From Dehalococcoidia bacterium (lineage in GTDB: Bacteria; Chloroflexota; Dehalococcoidia; Lucifugimonadales; SHYT01): 64,000 bases of DNA. Shown in pieces: positions 19,059 to 27,631 of this stretch. Position numbers and translations under genes: made by a program. Within the stretch, counting starts at the first letter, position 1, and each line of letters begins with the position of its first letter. The stretch spans positions 32,054-96,053 of the forward strand of contig SHYT01000007.1 of the NCBI GenBank assembly GCA_009692665.1, in the 5' to 3' direction. Under the pieces are notes generated by a model. It saw nothing but the letters and a program-made list of their open reading frames with translations. It made no database searches and was not told the origin of the DNA.

Positions 19059-20954
19059 CTACCTCTTCAAGTCGGGATCAACAAACATAACCCAACTAGA
19101 GAAGTTCGTGATGCCTGCATAGGCCCAAATATGGCTGGCGGCATTCCTGAGCTTCACATCCATGAACTCAAACCCGCTGGGGTTGCCGAAGTGCATGCCG
19201 TACGCTTGATCAAACATCCGATTGGTGAAGTCCCAGTACAACTGCCTGCGCTTTGCTGGGTCTAACTCAGTGCGGGACTTGAGGTAGATCTCATCAATGA
19301 TTGGGTCATTGATCCCCTGCTGGTTCCGCGTACTCTTGGAATAAGCCGTCAGGAGGTAGCTGTCTGGATCGGTGGCGTTACAATCGTAGCACTGGCTGAA
19401 GACGAGGCCTTCCCAGTTCTTATCCTGGACCTTTAGCTTCGCGTCAGTGCTCGTCACTATTTGAACTTGGAGGGCCACCCCTACTTTTTTCCAGTCTTCC
19501 TGGATGGACGTCATGATGTCCGCGCTGCCATAGGTGGTGCCGTACGAGTTAAAGGCAATAAAAGAGAGCCCATTGGCGTAGCCAGCCTCGGTGAGCAGCC
19601 GCTTTGCTTCCACAGGGTTGTACTGATTGTACGGCCCCGCGGTCTTCAAGCTCACAAACAGGTTAAGCCCCAAGAAGTCAAACGCCATAGGCGCGCCCAT
19701 GGCATTGTACCCATCATTACCCACGAGCCAGGCCTTGGGCCGGTCAATGGCCATTGAGAGGGCGCGACGGACCCGGATGTCATCCATAGGCTTCTTGTCC
19801 AACCGATAGGAGAACCAGGCGGAGCCGCAGGAGCAGTAGGACGTCTGGACTTGCGACGAAGGCACTTGCTTGAGCATCGATTCCCGTTCTCTCGGTGAAT
19901 ACGTGTTGTAATAATCAAACTGTCCGGTGACGAATGCGGCTTTGGTTGCGGCCACGTCGGTCACTCGAATGCCTCGGATCTGGTCCAGATAGGGCATACC
20001 CTTCAACCAGAACTCCGGGTTCTTCTTGAAGATATCCTTGCTTCCTACCTCCGAGTTCGCTTCATCATAAATGAACGGGCCTGGGGAAACGAGACGCTTA
20101 TTCAGGCAGCCAGCTTTATCTTCATAGCATTCGCGAGGAATAATGCCCAAGCCATAGTTTGCTAACATCTCAAAGAACGCCGAGTGGGGCTGTGAGAACT
20201 TTAGGCGCAAGGTCTTCTGGTCAACGACCTCAAAGGTATTCACCAGGTCAAACGTATCCCGGTAGACGCCCTCTTTCTTCTGCGTCTCAAAGTACCACTT
20301 CACATCTTCAATAGTCACATTGCGATTGGCGCGGAGATTCATGGGAGGCAGATTAGGCCAGAGCACGTTCTGCCGCAGCGTGAGAACCACGGTCAAGGGG
20401 TCCGGCCGCGCCCACTTTTCGATGACGCCAGGCACGAGTGTCCCGACGAGGTTATCGTTGCGGACGCCGTTGCACTCAGAGAAATCAGTGCGGCCGATGG
20501 AGCTGCACGTCCCAGCATCGATCATGATGAACATGCCCATAAAAGTGTTGCGCTTCAAAAAGCTAGAGAATGGGTCCATGGACCGAACGCTGTAGGTTCC
20601 TCCCGACCCAAGTCGTTCCCCACCGTACTTCGCCTTCGTCCAGAGCGGCAATTTCGTGTGGTTATATTTCAGGACCTCTTGGGGCATGGTCGAAGCAGGC
20701 TCCTCTGAGCGCGGGTCAATCTTGAAGGTGTCTGTGGTTAGTGACCCTGCGGACGGCGCTGTGGGTGACGGCGCTGTGGGTGACGGCGCAGGCGCAGACT
20801 TGGTTGCTGGTGCGGGCGCCGCGACGGGTGAAGTTGCGGGAGCCGCAGATGGCGTTGTCGCAGGGGGAGCCGCTTTAGAACAGGCTAGCACAAGAACCAA
20901 AACGAACAGCACACCGAAAGGCAGGAGGGTTCCCAGACGACGGGTACTATTCAA
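19059..20954 (-). CDS. ABC transporter substrate-binding lipoprotein, family 5 (peptide/nickel type)
   Basis: Lipobox LVLACS, PAT-rich linker, 631 aa with SBP_bac_5-like body. No permease or ATPase genes adjacent. Confidence 0.85.
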   Translation of the reverse strand: MNSTRRLGTLLPFGVLFVLVLVLACSKAAPPATTPSAAPATSPVAAPAPATKSAPAPSPTAPSPTAPSAGSLTTDTFKIDPRSEEPASTMPQEVLKYNHTKLPLWTKAKYGGERLGSGGTYSVRSMDPFSSFLKRNTFMGMFIMIDAGTCSSIGRTDFSECNGVRNDNLVGTLVPGVIEKWARPDPLTVVLTLRQNVLWPNLPPMNLRANRNVTIEDVKWYFETQKKEGVYRDTFDLVNTFEVVDQKTLRLKFSQPHSAFFEMLANYGLGIIPRECYEDKAGCLNKRLVSPGPFIYDEANSEVGSKDIFKKNPEFWLKGMPYLDQIRGIRVTDVAATKAAFVTGQFDYYNTYSPRERESMLKQVPSSQVQTSYCSCGSAWFSYRLDKKPMDDIRVRRALSMAIDRPKAWLVGNDGYNAMGAPMAFDFLGLNLFVSLKTAGPYNQYNPVEAKRLLTEAGYANGLSFIAFNSYGTTYGSADIMTSIQEDWKKVGVALQVQIVTSTDAKLKVQDKNWEGLVFSQCYDCNATDPDSYLLTAYSKSTRNQQGINDPIIDEIYLKSRTELDPAKRRQLYWDFTNRMFDQAYGMHFGNPSGFEFMDVKLRNAASHIWAYAGITNFSSWVMFVDPDLKR

Positions 20955-21091
20955 CGGCAGATACTCCTCACTTGAATGACATCGGTATACGACAAACGCC
21001 TTGTTGTGTCAAAAATGTGTAATATTTCACAATTGAGGCTAATGCTTCGGAATCCTTAATGAAGATCGTGATATACATAGCAATACGCGAC

Positions 21092-21180
21092 GAAGCCTCT
21101 ATATATGCGTCAAACATAGAGGCTTCAACTATTTGTTCGATTGGATTTCTAGGCTAAGCTCGCATCGACAAGCTTAGCCT
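21092..21180 (-). terminator. Two hairpins downstream of the aldo/keto reductase stop
   Basis: GAAGCCTCTAT..ATAGAGGCTTC (21092-21126) and AGGCTAAGCT..AGCTTAGCCT (21151-21180). There is no clear U-tract. Confidence 0.35.
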
Positions 21181-21239
21181 TACTATTCGCCGTTGCCCTG
21201 CAGCACTATGGCTTGCTCAGGGACAGAACGTGAGCGAAG

Positions 21240-22151
21240 TTACGCGGGCACTGCACCGGCTGCGGCGAGGTGCTTTTTGGCTTCGGCGTACAGATTTGGC
21301 GGGAGAGGGCCTTTGCGCAGGGCGGCGACGTTGGAGAGGATGTGGTCCGGGTTGATGGTGCCGACGATGGTGGTGTGGACGTCCGGGTGGCTGATGGTGA
21401 AGCGGAGGAGGAACTCAAACTGGGACATACCATCCAGGATCTCATTCATGCGGGCTTTGTCCCAAGCCATCCAGCGGTTTGGGTCTGCATTGCCGCGGCC
21501 ACGCTCGCCGCGGGCGACGCCGCCGCGGATGACAGTGCCTGCGCCCGCCTTAGCGGCCTGGGCGATGACTGTTTCGTGCTCGCGCTCAAGGGCGGAGTAG
21601 GGGATCTGGAAGGCATCGAAGGAACCGGACTTAATGAGGTCAGGCAGCTCCGGCAAGGTTGAAGAGGAGCCAATGAACCGCACTTTGCCTTCTCGGTGAA
21701 GGTCGTGCAACGTCTGGACGGCGTCCGGCATATCTTGTGGCGAGGGAGTGCGATGAAACTGGACCAGATCCAGGTAGTCGGTCTTCATGCGCTTGAGGCT
21801 CTGGTTGACCCCCGCAACGATGTTCTCCCGCTTGTTGATGTGCTGGCCAGAAACAAGAAGAGCTTCCGGCGTGGCAGCGCATCCGCATTTGGAGGCCAGA
21901 AAGTATTCGCTGCGGCGATGGGCGATGTGCTTGCCGATCATTTCTTCGCTCATGCCGTAGTCAATAGACGTGTCAATGAAGTTGATGCCGACGTCCAGCA
22001 CGGTGTTGAGGACCTTCTTGGCCTCCTCGTCCGTGAAGGACTTGCCGTTACGGATGCTTGCGTTGGAGCCGCGAAGCTCCATAGCGCCATAGCCAAGGGC
22101 CGTTACGTTAAGCTTGGTACGGCCGAGTGTGCGCTTGATCAAGTCTGGCAC
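21240..22151 (-). CDS. Aldo/keto reductase
   Basis: GTG start after GGGAGGAA. AKR tetrad contexts FIDTSIDYG, LASKCG, VQFH. Confidence 0.85.
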   Translation of the reverse strand: MPDLIKRTLGRTKLNVTALGYGAMELRGSNASIRNGKSFTDEEAKKVLNTVLDVGINFIDTSIDYGMSEEMIGKHIAHRRSEYFLASKCGCAATPEALLVSGQHINKRENIVAGVNQSLKRMKTDYLDLVQFHRTPSPQDMPDAVQTLHDLHREGKVRFIGSSSTLPELPDLIKSGSFDAFQIPYSALEREHETVIAQAAKAGAGTVIRGGVARGERGRGNADPNRWMAWDKARMNEILDGMSQFEFLLRFTISHPDVHTTIVGTINPDHILSNVAALRKGPLPPNLYAEAKKHLAAAGAVPA

Positions 22152-22531
22152 AATTCCTCCCTGTGGGTCTTCTTACAATAAGAGAATTATATCTCTGAAC
22201 TCCTGGTTTAACGTATTTGGCAAGGCTGCTGGTAGTGGGTCATTTTGACTGTGCCAGTTTTCTTTGACATTCCTCTGAAATACGCATTCGTTGAGAAGCC
22301 TTTTCCACGCCCTTTCCCTCCGCCCTTGCCACCTTCCGCTTTTTTGAGGAAGGCCAGGCTTGTGGAGGTATGAGCATCCGGGCGCTTGTCATCTAACCTC
22401 AAGGAGCAGGTAAATGCTGTCCGTACTAGGCACCCCCGTAGCAGCAATGCAAGCGGCAAATGGCGCGAAGGAAGGAGATGGCCTGGGAGAGCGGCCTGAG
22501 CCAATGAGGTCAACCCGGTGTTCCAGGCGAT

Positions 22532-22571
22532 AAGGAAAGGGCGTTCCAATACATTGGAACGCCCTTTCCTT
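22532..22571. repeat. Near-perfect palindrome with 19-nt arms
   Basis: AAGGAAAGGGCGTTCCAAT-AC-ATTGGAACGCCCTTTCCTT. Confidence 0.8.
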
Positions 22572-22610
22572 CATGGGTTGCGAGCTATGCTAGCTGAGAT
22601 TTTATTCCTG

Positions 22611-22634
22611 AGGGGCGCAGCATGCTGCGCCCCT
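22611..22634 (-). terminator. GC-rich palindrome just after the kinase-like gene stop
   Basis: AGGGGCGCAGCA/TGCTGCGCCCCT. No U-tract on the minus strand, so its function is uncertain. Confidence 0.4.
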
Positions 22635-22651
22635 ACGTATTCGGGCAAGGC

Positions 22652-24973
22652 CTATTTGATTGCGTACAGCGTGCCGTTGCTGGCCGGCACGTAGAGCGTG
22701 TCACCCGCGACGACGAGGTCCGCAACAGCGCCTTCGCCAAGGGGCATGTTCCAAATTGTGTTGCCGCTGGCCGCGTCAAGCGCAAAGAGCTGGCCTGTCT
22801 GCATAATCGCGTAGAGACGGCCTCCAGCCAGCACCGGGGAAGAGACTATGGTCCCGTCGAACGGCTTATCCCAACGTGTCTCGCCGGTGGTGCGGTTGAG
22901 CGCCAGGAGTTTTCCATCCCTGCTGCCAATGTACATGGTGTCTTCAATGACCACCGGCGTGGTGGAGAATGCCCGTCGCACGAACCCGCGCGACCATTCG
23001 AAGCCGATTTGCTTAGGAGCAGGAGCAGGCCACATTTTCCAGACCACCAGGTATTGGCGGATAGTGACCCAAAGACGCTGAAGAGGGTACTGCAGGCGGG
23101 TCCAATTAAAGGAGTAGACCAGTCCGTTGCTCCCCGCGGCGTAGATGTGATCGCCGTACATGGTTGCGCTGGCAGCGAGGCGGGAATGCAAGTCAAAGGT
23201 CAGACGGTGCCTGCCCATTATGGCGTCTAGGACGTGGAACTTGCCACGGCTGTCCAGGGCGATGACCGCATCTTTGTAGACCAGGGGAGCACTCAGCAGG
23301 AAGCCACCGTAGTAGAAGTCCCAGCGTTTCACGCCTGTCTGCGCGTCGACGGCATAGAGCTTGCCATCCCCAGATGTTATGTACACCGTTCCGTTGGCGA
23401 CTGCTGACGAGGCGATGACTGGGTTGCCGGTCTGGAACCGCCACTTGCGCTCGCCGGTCTCTCTATCCAGACAGATGACCGAGCCGTCGCGCAGGCCCAC
23501 AAACAGGAAACCGCCTGCGATTGCGGGAGAAGAATCGATAGGGCCATTGGTTGGCGATTCCCAGATGACCTTGCCGGTCTCTCTGTCCAGCGCGGCGATA
23601 CGGTAGTCGCCGGTGGCGATATACACGCGGTTGCCGACAATCGCCGGCGATGACAGCAGCGGCTGTGAGGTCTGGTACGTCCACTTAGTTACTCCTTGGA
23701 TAAGTGGGGCGTCAGGCATGACCGCGCTGTGGAGCGCATCGCGCCGGGCGGCGGCCCACTCGCCGGGGCCGGAGACGGCGGCAAGCTGCGTGGCAGGCGG
23801 TGGCAGGAACGGGTTTGGCCCAATGATCTTGTAGGTGATGCCAGCCACTGCGAGCAGGACCACCGGGATGCTCAACAATGCTAGGAGGAGCCTGCGGCGG
23901 CGGAGCTCACGCACGACACGGCGGCGGATTGCGCGTGCTTCTTGCAGGGTAGCGCCACGGCGGTCTTCCAGCCGCGTCCAGCAGTTCTGGCAGAACAACG
24001 TACCCTCCACGTTTTCAGCGCCGCACGCGAGACAGATCTTGACAGTGAGTGGCGCTGCCGGCTCCGCCGAGGCTTGCTGGTGCGGCATGGTGCGGTGAAC
24101 GGTTGGCGCTGTGATTTGCATGTCGACACGCTCCGGCAGGACGAGCGCGCGGTCCGTGTTGGCGAGCGCGGTCTCCAGCGCGGTGACGAATTCGGAGGCG
24201 GAGGCGTGGCGTTGCTCAGGCCGGCGGGCAAGTGCGCGGGAGAAAACGTCATCAACGGCCTTGGGGAGCGCAGGATTTTTCAGTGACGCCAGTTGCGGGT
24301 CGCCGGTCATTTGCTTGGCGAGCACGATGGAGGCATCCAGCGCATAGAAAGGCACCTCTCCGGTAAGCAATTCATAGGCGACGCAGGCCAGCGAGTAGAG
24401 ATCCGCGGCATGGCCGCTGCGAAAGCCCAGCGCGTGTTCCGGCGCGGTGTAGCATGGGTGCGGCGTGGTGAGGGTGCTGCGGATGAGCAGGTGTGTGCTC
24501 TGGGCAAGAACGTCCAGTCCAAAGTCGGCGATGCGGGGGTGGCTCTGCGCGTCCACGAAGATGTTGGTGGGTTTCAGGTTGCCGTGCTCCACGCCACGTA
24601 CCCAGGCGTAGTCCAGGCCTTGCGCAACGCCATGCAGGATAGAAAGGGCCATGGCAAGCGTAATGCCGTTTTGCTGCATCAGGTTTGGTTCGGTAGTGAA
24701 CTCAGAGGCGACCCACCAGTGCTGACCATCGCGTCCGGTTTCCAAAAGGGGGAGGATATTGGGGTGGTCCAGACCCTTGACGCGGTCCAGTGCCTCAAAG
24801 AAACGCTGCACCGCTTCCTGCTCACTGCGGAAGTAATCGCTAAGTATCTTGAGGGCAACAAGTTTATGTTCAGTGGTGTCCATGGCCCGGTACGTGGTGG
24901 AAAGGCCGGTGTTGCCAAGAACTTCTTGAAGCTGGAACCGTCCGATCATGGTGCTGACGACAGAAGTTGTCAC
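22652..24973 (-). CDS. Ser/Thr kinase-like receptor: kinase domain with HRD replaced by HGN, zinc ribbon, TM helix, PQQ-like beta-propeller
   Basis: VALKIL, EHGNLKPTNIFV, ADFG, YTAPE. CLACGAENVEGTLFCQNCW. TM helix LLLALLSIPVVLLAVAGI. Repeated PQQ-like blades. Confidence 0.85.
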   Translation of the reverse strand: MTTSVVSTMIGRFQLQEVLGNTGLSTTYRAMDTTEHKLVALKILSDYFRSEQEAVQRFFEALDRVKGLDHPNILPLLETGRDGQHWWVASEFTTEPNLMQQNGITLAMALSILHGVAQGLDYAWVRGVEHGNLKPTNIFVDAQSHPRIADFGLDVLAQSTHLLIRSTLTTPHPCYTAPEHALGFRSGHAADLYSLACVAYELLTGEVPFYALDASIVLAKQMTGDPQLASLKNPALPKAVDDVFSRALARRPEQRHASASEFVTALETALANTDRALVLPERVDMQITAPTVHRTMPHQQASAEPAAPLTVKICLACGAENVEGTLFCQNCWTRLEDRRGATLQEARAIRRRVVRELRRRRLLLALLSIPVVLLAVAGITYKIIGPNPFLPPPATQLAAVSGPGEWAAARRDALHSAVMPDAPLIQGVTKWTYQTSQPLLSSPAIVGNRVYIATGDYRIAALDRETGKVIWESPTNGPIDSSPAIAGGFLFVGLRDGSVICLDRETGERKWRFQTGNPVIASSAVANGTVYITSGDGKLYAVDAQTGVKRWDFYYGGFLLSAPLVYKDAVIALDSRGKFHVLDAIMGRHRLTFDLHSRLAASATMYGDHIYAAGSNGLVYSFNWTRLQYPLQRLWVTIRQYLVVWKMWPAPAPKQIGFEWSRGFVRRAFSTTPVVIEDTMYIGSRDGKLLALNRTTGETRWDKPFDGTIVSSPVLAGGRLYAIMQTGQLFALDAASGNTIWNMPLGEGAVADLVVAGDTLYVPASNGTLYAIK

Positions 24974-25016
24974 GCGTTCCTTTCCCGTTCACGACCCACT
25001 GTTTTGCGAGGCTCGT

Positions 25017-25382
25017 CTACGAGGCGCCAATGGCCTTCCACACCTGCTGGGTCTGACGCGCAGTTGGCTTCCTGTTTGCGCGTTTCTTCCCTACAGCCAG
25101 GAGCATGGATACCGCACAAGACAAAACTAGAACGTCATCTGTCCCGCCCAGCACTGGTATCATGTCCGGCAGAAAGTCTAGGGGCCAAATGCCGTACACA
25201 CCCGCTAGCACCAAAGCAACCTTCAACCAGCGTGGCGTTTGAGGCCGCCGCCAAATAAGCCAGGCTGAAATGAGCGCACGAAGGATGCCGATCAACCACC
25301 CCACACCAAAATGCTTCGGATATTGTAGCAGTATATAGGGATGCGTAGGCAATGATTTACCTTTTTGTCGGCAAGGACACAT
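25017..25382 (-). CDS. DUF1232 (YkvA-like) membrane protein
   Basis: LVLAGVYGIWPLDFLPDMIPVLGGTDDVLVL motif. Start is uncertain: ATG 25382 or GTG 25304. The track start 25466 would overlap holA. Confidence 0.6.
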   Translation of the reverse strand: MCPCRQKGKSLPTHPYILLQYPKHFGVGWLIGILRALISAWLIWRRPQTPRWLKVALVLAGVYGIWPLDFLPDMIPVLGGTDDVLVLSCAVSMLLAVGKKRANRKPTARQTQQVWKAIGAS

Positions 25383-26401
25383 TTTCTCGAAAGACGGCAC
25401 TTGAGGCGCTGAAGGCGTCCGTGGGCGATCCCGAGAGCCGGGATGCGAATACGACAGTGCTGGCAAGCGCGGGGCTGACGCCGGGGCGCTTGCTCACTGC
25501 ATGCCAGGCTATGCCATTTCTGGCTGAGCGGCGACTGGTGATTGTGGACGGGCTGCTGGAGGAGTTCAACGAACGGGAACGTGGACGTGGCGCACAGGGT
25601 GCTCAGATGGGACAGGGACGCGGGCGCCGGACGCCCCGAGACCCGGCGGAGTGGGAAAGGCTGACGGAGGTGCTGAAGGCCCTGCCGCCTAGCACTGACC
25701 TTGTGTTTGTTGAGGATAGCGTGACGGCGCGCAACCCACTCCTGAATGCGGTGAAGGCAGTAGCTACCACGCGCCAGTTTGAACCACCTCCGCCGGAGCA
25801 ACTGCGCAAGTGGCTGGCTGAAGAGGCGCAAAAGCGTGGCACTCCTATGACCCCCAATGCGCAGCTATTACTAGTGGACATGATTGGGCCGGACATGTGG
25901 CGGTTGGACAACGAGCTTGAGAAGCTGTCGCTGCACGCGACGGGGCGGTCTATCACAGACCAGGATGTGACGGCGATGGTGAGCTCCACACGCGAGGTGA
26001 GCGTCTTTGCGGCGGTGGACGCGATTGTGGAGCGGAACGCGCCGCTGGCGCTGCGGCACGTGCAGTCGCTTTTGCAGGCGAATGAGGAAGCGAACCACAT
26101 TCTCTTCATGCTGGCGCGGCAGGTGCGGTTGCTGCTCCTGGCGCAGGAGATGACGTGCTCTCATATTCCCATGCAGGAGATGGGCCAGCGGCTTGGGCTG
26201 GTGCAGGAGTTTCCGCTGCGCAAGACACTAGAGCAGGCGCGGCGCTATCCATGGTCCCAGCTAGTGCGGTTTCACGACTTGCTCCTGGAGACAGATATTG
26301 CCATCAAGACGGGTACTCTGGAGGAGGAGGTTGCGTTGGAGGTCTTGATTGCGGAGGTGTGCTCGACAGATGTCGTGGCGGGCGCAAGGATTGAGCCATG
26401 A
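25352..26401 (+). CDS. holA: DNA polymerase III delta subunit
   Basis: MIYLFVGKDTF.. N-terminus and holA-like length and helical C-terminal domain. Confidence 0.8.
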   Translation: MIYLFVGKDTFSRKTALEALKASVGDPESRDANTTVLASAGLTPGRLLTACQAMPFLAERRLVIVDGLLEEFNERERGRGAQGAQMGQGRGRRTPRDPAEWERLTEVLKALPPSTDLVFVEDSVTARNPLLNAVKAVATTRQFEPPPPEQLRKWLAEEAQKRGTPMTPNAQLLLVDMIGPDMWRLDNELEKLSLHATGRSITDQDVTAMVSSTREVSVFAAVDAIVERNAPLALRHVQSLLQANEEANHILFMLARQVRLLLLAQEMTCSHIPMQEMGQRLGLVQEFPLRKTLEQARRYPWSQLVRFHDLLLETDIAIKTGTLEEEVALEVLIAEVCSTDVVAGARIEP

Positions 26402-26530
26402 TGTGGCGGGATAGCGGCGGATACGACGTATCGCTGTCCAGGGTAGCGTACTAGGCGACACATTAGGGAGCCCACGCAAAGAGAAGCGGGCAGCTTTGTG
26501 AAGGCGGGCAGGAAACTAGGTGCAGCGCGT

Positions 26531-26900
26531 CTAGTCCGCTGGAACCGTGATGGTGTTGTAACACATGACGCGATGGTCAGGCTCGTGCTCTGTAAACGCT
26601 GGCTTGGGATTGGTTCGGCAGACCGTTGTGGCTTTGAAGCAGCGTGGCAGGAACGGACACTGGTTGTCCAGCGAGCGCAGGTCGGGCGCCATCCCGGGAA
26701 TGGGAATGAGGCGTTCGTCGTGGTCCAGGCGTGGGCGCGCCTGGAACATGCCCCACGAGTATGGATGCAATGGCCGATGGAAGGTGATCGTCACCGTCCC
26801 CACTACCGCGTCCACCGACTTGATAGTGCCTTCAGCAGACGCCGTATCGGACGTGGTTACCGAGCCCTGCGCCCATCAACTGAGTTACAAATCTGCCAAA
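26531..26900 (-). pseudogene. Remnant of an oligopeptide/dipeptide ABC transporter ATP-binding protein (C-terminal domain only)
   Basis: HRPLHPYSWGMFQARPRLD..LIPIPGMAPDL..QCPFLPRCFKATTVCRTNPKP..RVMC is the OppD/DppD C-terminal domain pattern. The upstream ATPase domain is absent, with only degenerate frame-shifted traces. Confidence 0.6.
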
Positions 26901-27077
26901 AATCACATTGGACGGTTACTTATAGTAGACAAGTGGCGCAGAGGAGGAATGTCGCTACGGCTGTCCGGTAAAAGTGCCCCCGCTCATCTTCGTAAGCCTT
27001 GTCCTGGGCCCGCTTCGGTTGCGAGGCTTCCGCGCGTTTGTTATCATGTATAAAGCCTTTTTCACGCGGAGATTTCC

Positions 27078-27590
27078 GTGGCTATCTTGCCCATTCGAAT
27101 GCTCCCTGATCCAGTGCTCAACACGAAAGCCAAGCGCGTGAAGACATTTGATGCCACGCTGCGGCGGCTGGTGGACGACATGGTGGACACCATGCGCGCC
27201 GCCAAGGGCGTGGGTCTCGCGGGCAACCAGATTGGCGTGCTGCTCCGCATCGCAGTGATCGAAATACCGGAAGAGAACGGCCGTATCCGCGTGTTTATTA
27301 ACCCCGAGTTCGTGTCCCGCTCCGGCCAGCGTGAGATGGAAGAGGGTTGCTTGAGCTACCCCGGTTATCGCGGTAACACCACACGCTCAGAGCGCGTACA
27401 CGTGCGCGCGCAAGACTTGAGCGGCAAGCTCTTCAGCGTAAAGGCGGAGGGCACCTTGCTGGCCCATGCGCTGGAACACGAAATTGACCACCTGAGCGGC
27501 ACGCTCTTCCTGGAACGGCTCATCAGCAAGGACGCTATCTGGAAGATTCCGGAACACGAGATGGCTGGCTACGACCCTGAGCACAAGTAG
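27078..27590 (+). CDS. def: Peptide deformylase
   Basis: GVGLAGNQIG, EGCLSYPG, HEIDHL. Confidence 0.9.
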   Translation: MAILPIRMLPDPVLNTKAKRVKTFDATLRRLVDDMVDTMRAAKGVGLAGNQIGVLLRIAVIEIPEENGRIRVFINPEFVSRSGQREMEEGCLSYPGYRGNTTRSERVHVRAQDLSGKLFSVKAEGTLLAHALEHEIDHLSGTLFLERLISKDAIWKIPEHEMAGYDPEHK

Positions 27591-27631
27591 AGGGTCTGAG
27601 CCGTACAGGTATCTCTCCGCAGGACTGGCTT

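Noticed and set aside
22152-22651. tmRNA, RNase P RNA, SRP RNA, or a TPP or cobalamin riboswitch in the long intergenic region.
   Set aside because: I looked on both strands for hallmark strings: the tRNA-like GGTTCGAA..CCACCA end, GAGGAAAGTCCGG, GGTCCGGAAGGAAGCAGCC, CTGAGA..ACCTGATCTGGATAATGCCAGCG, and the B12 box. Only weak partial resemblances were found. The region is kept as an unexplained finding instead.
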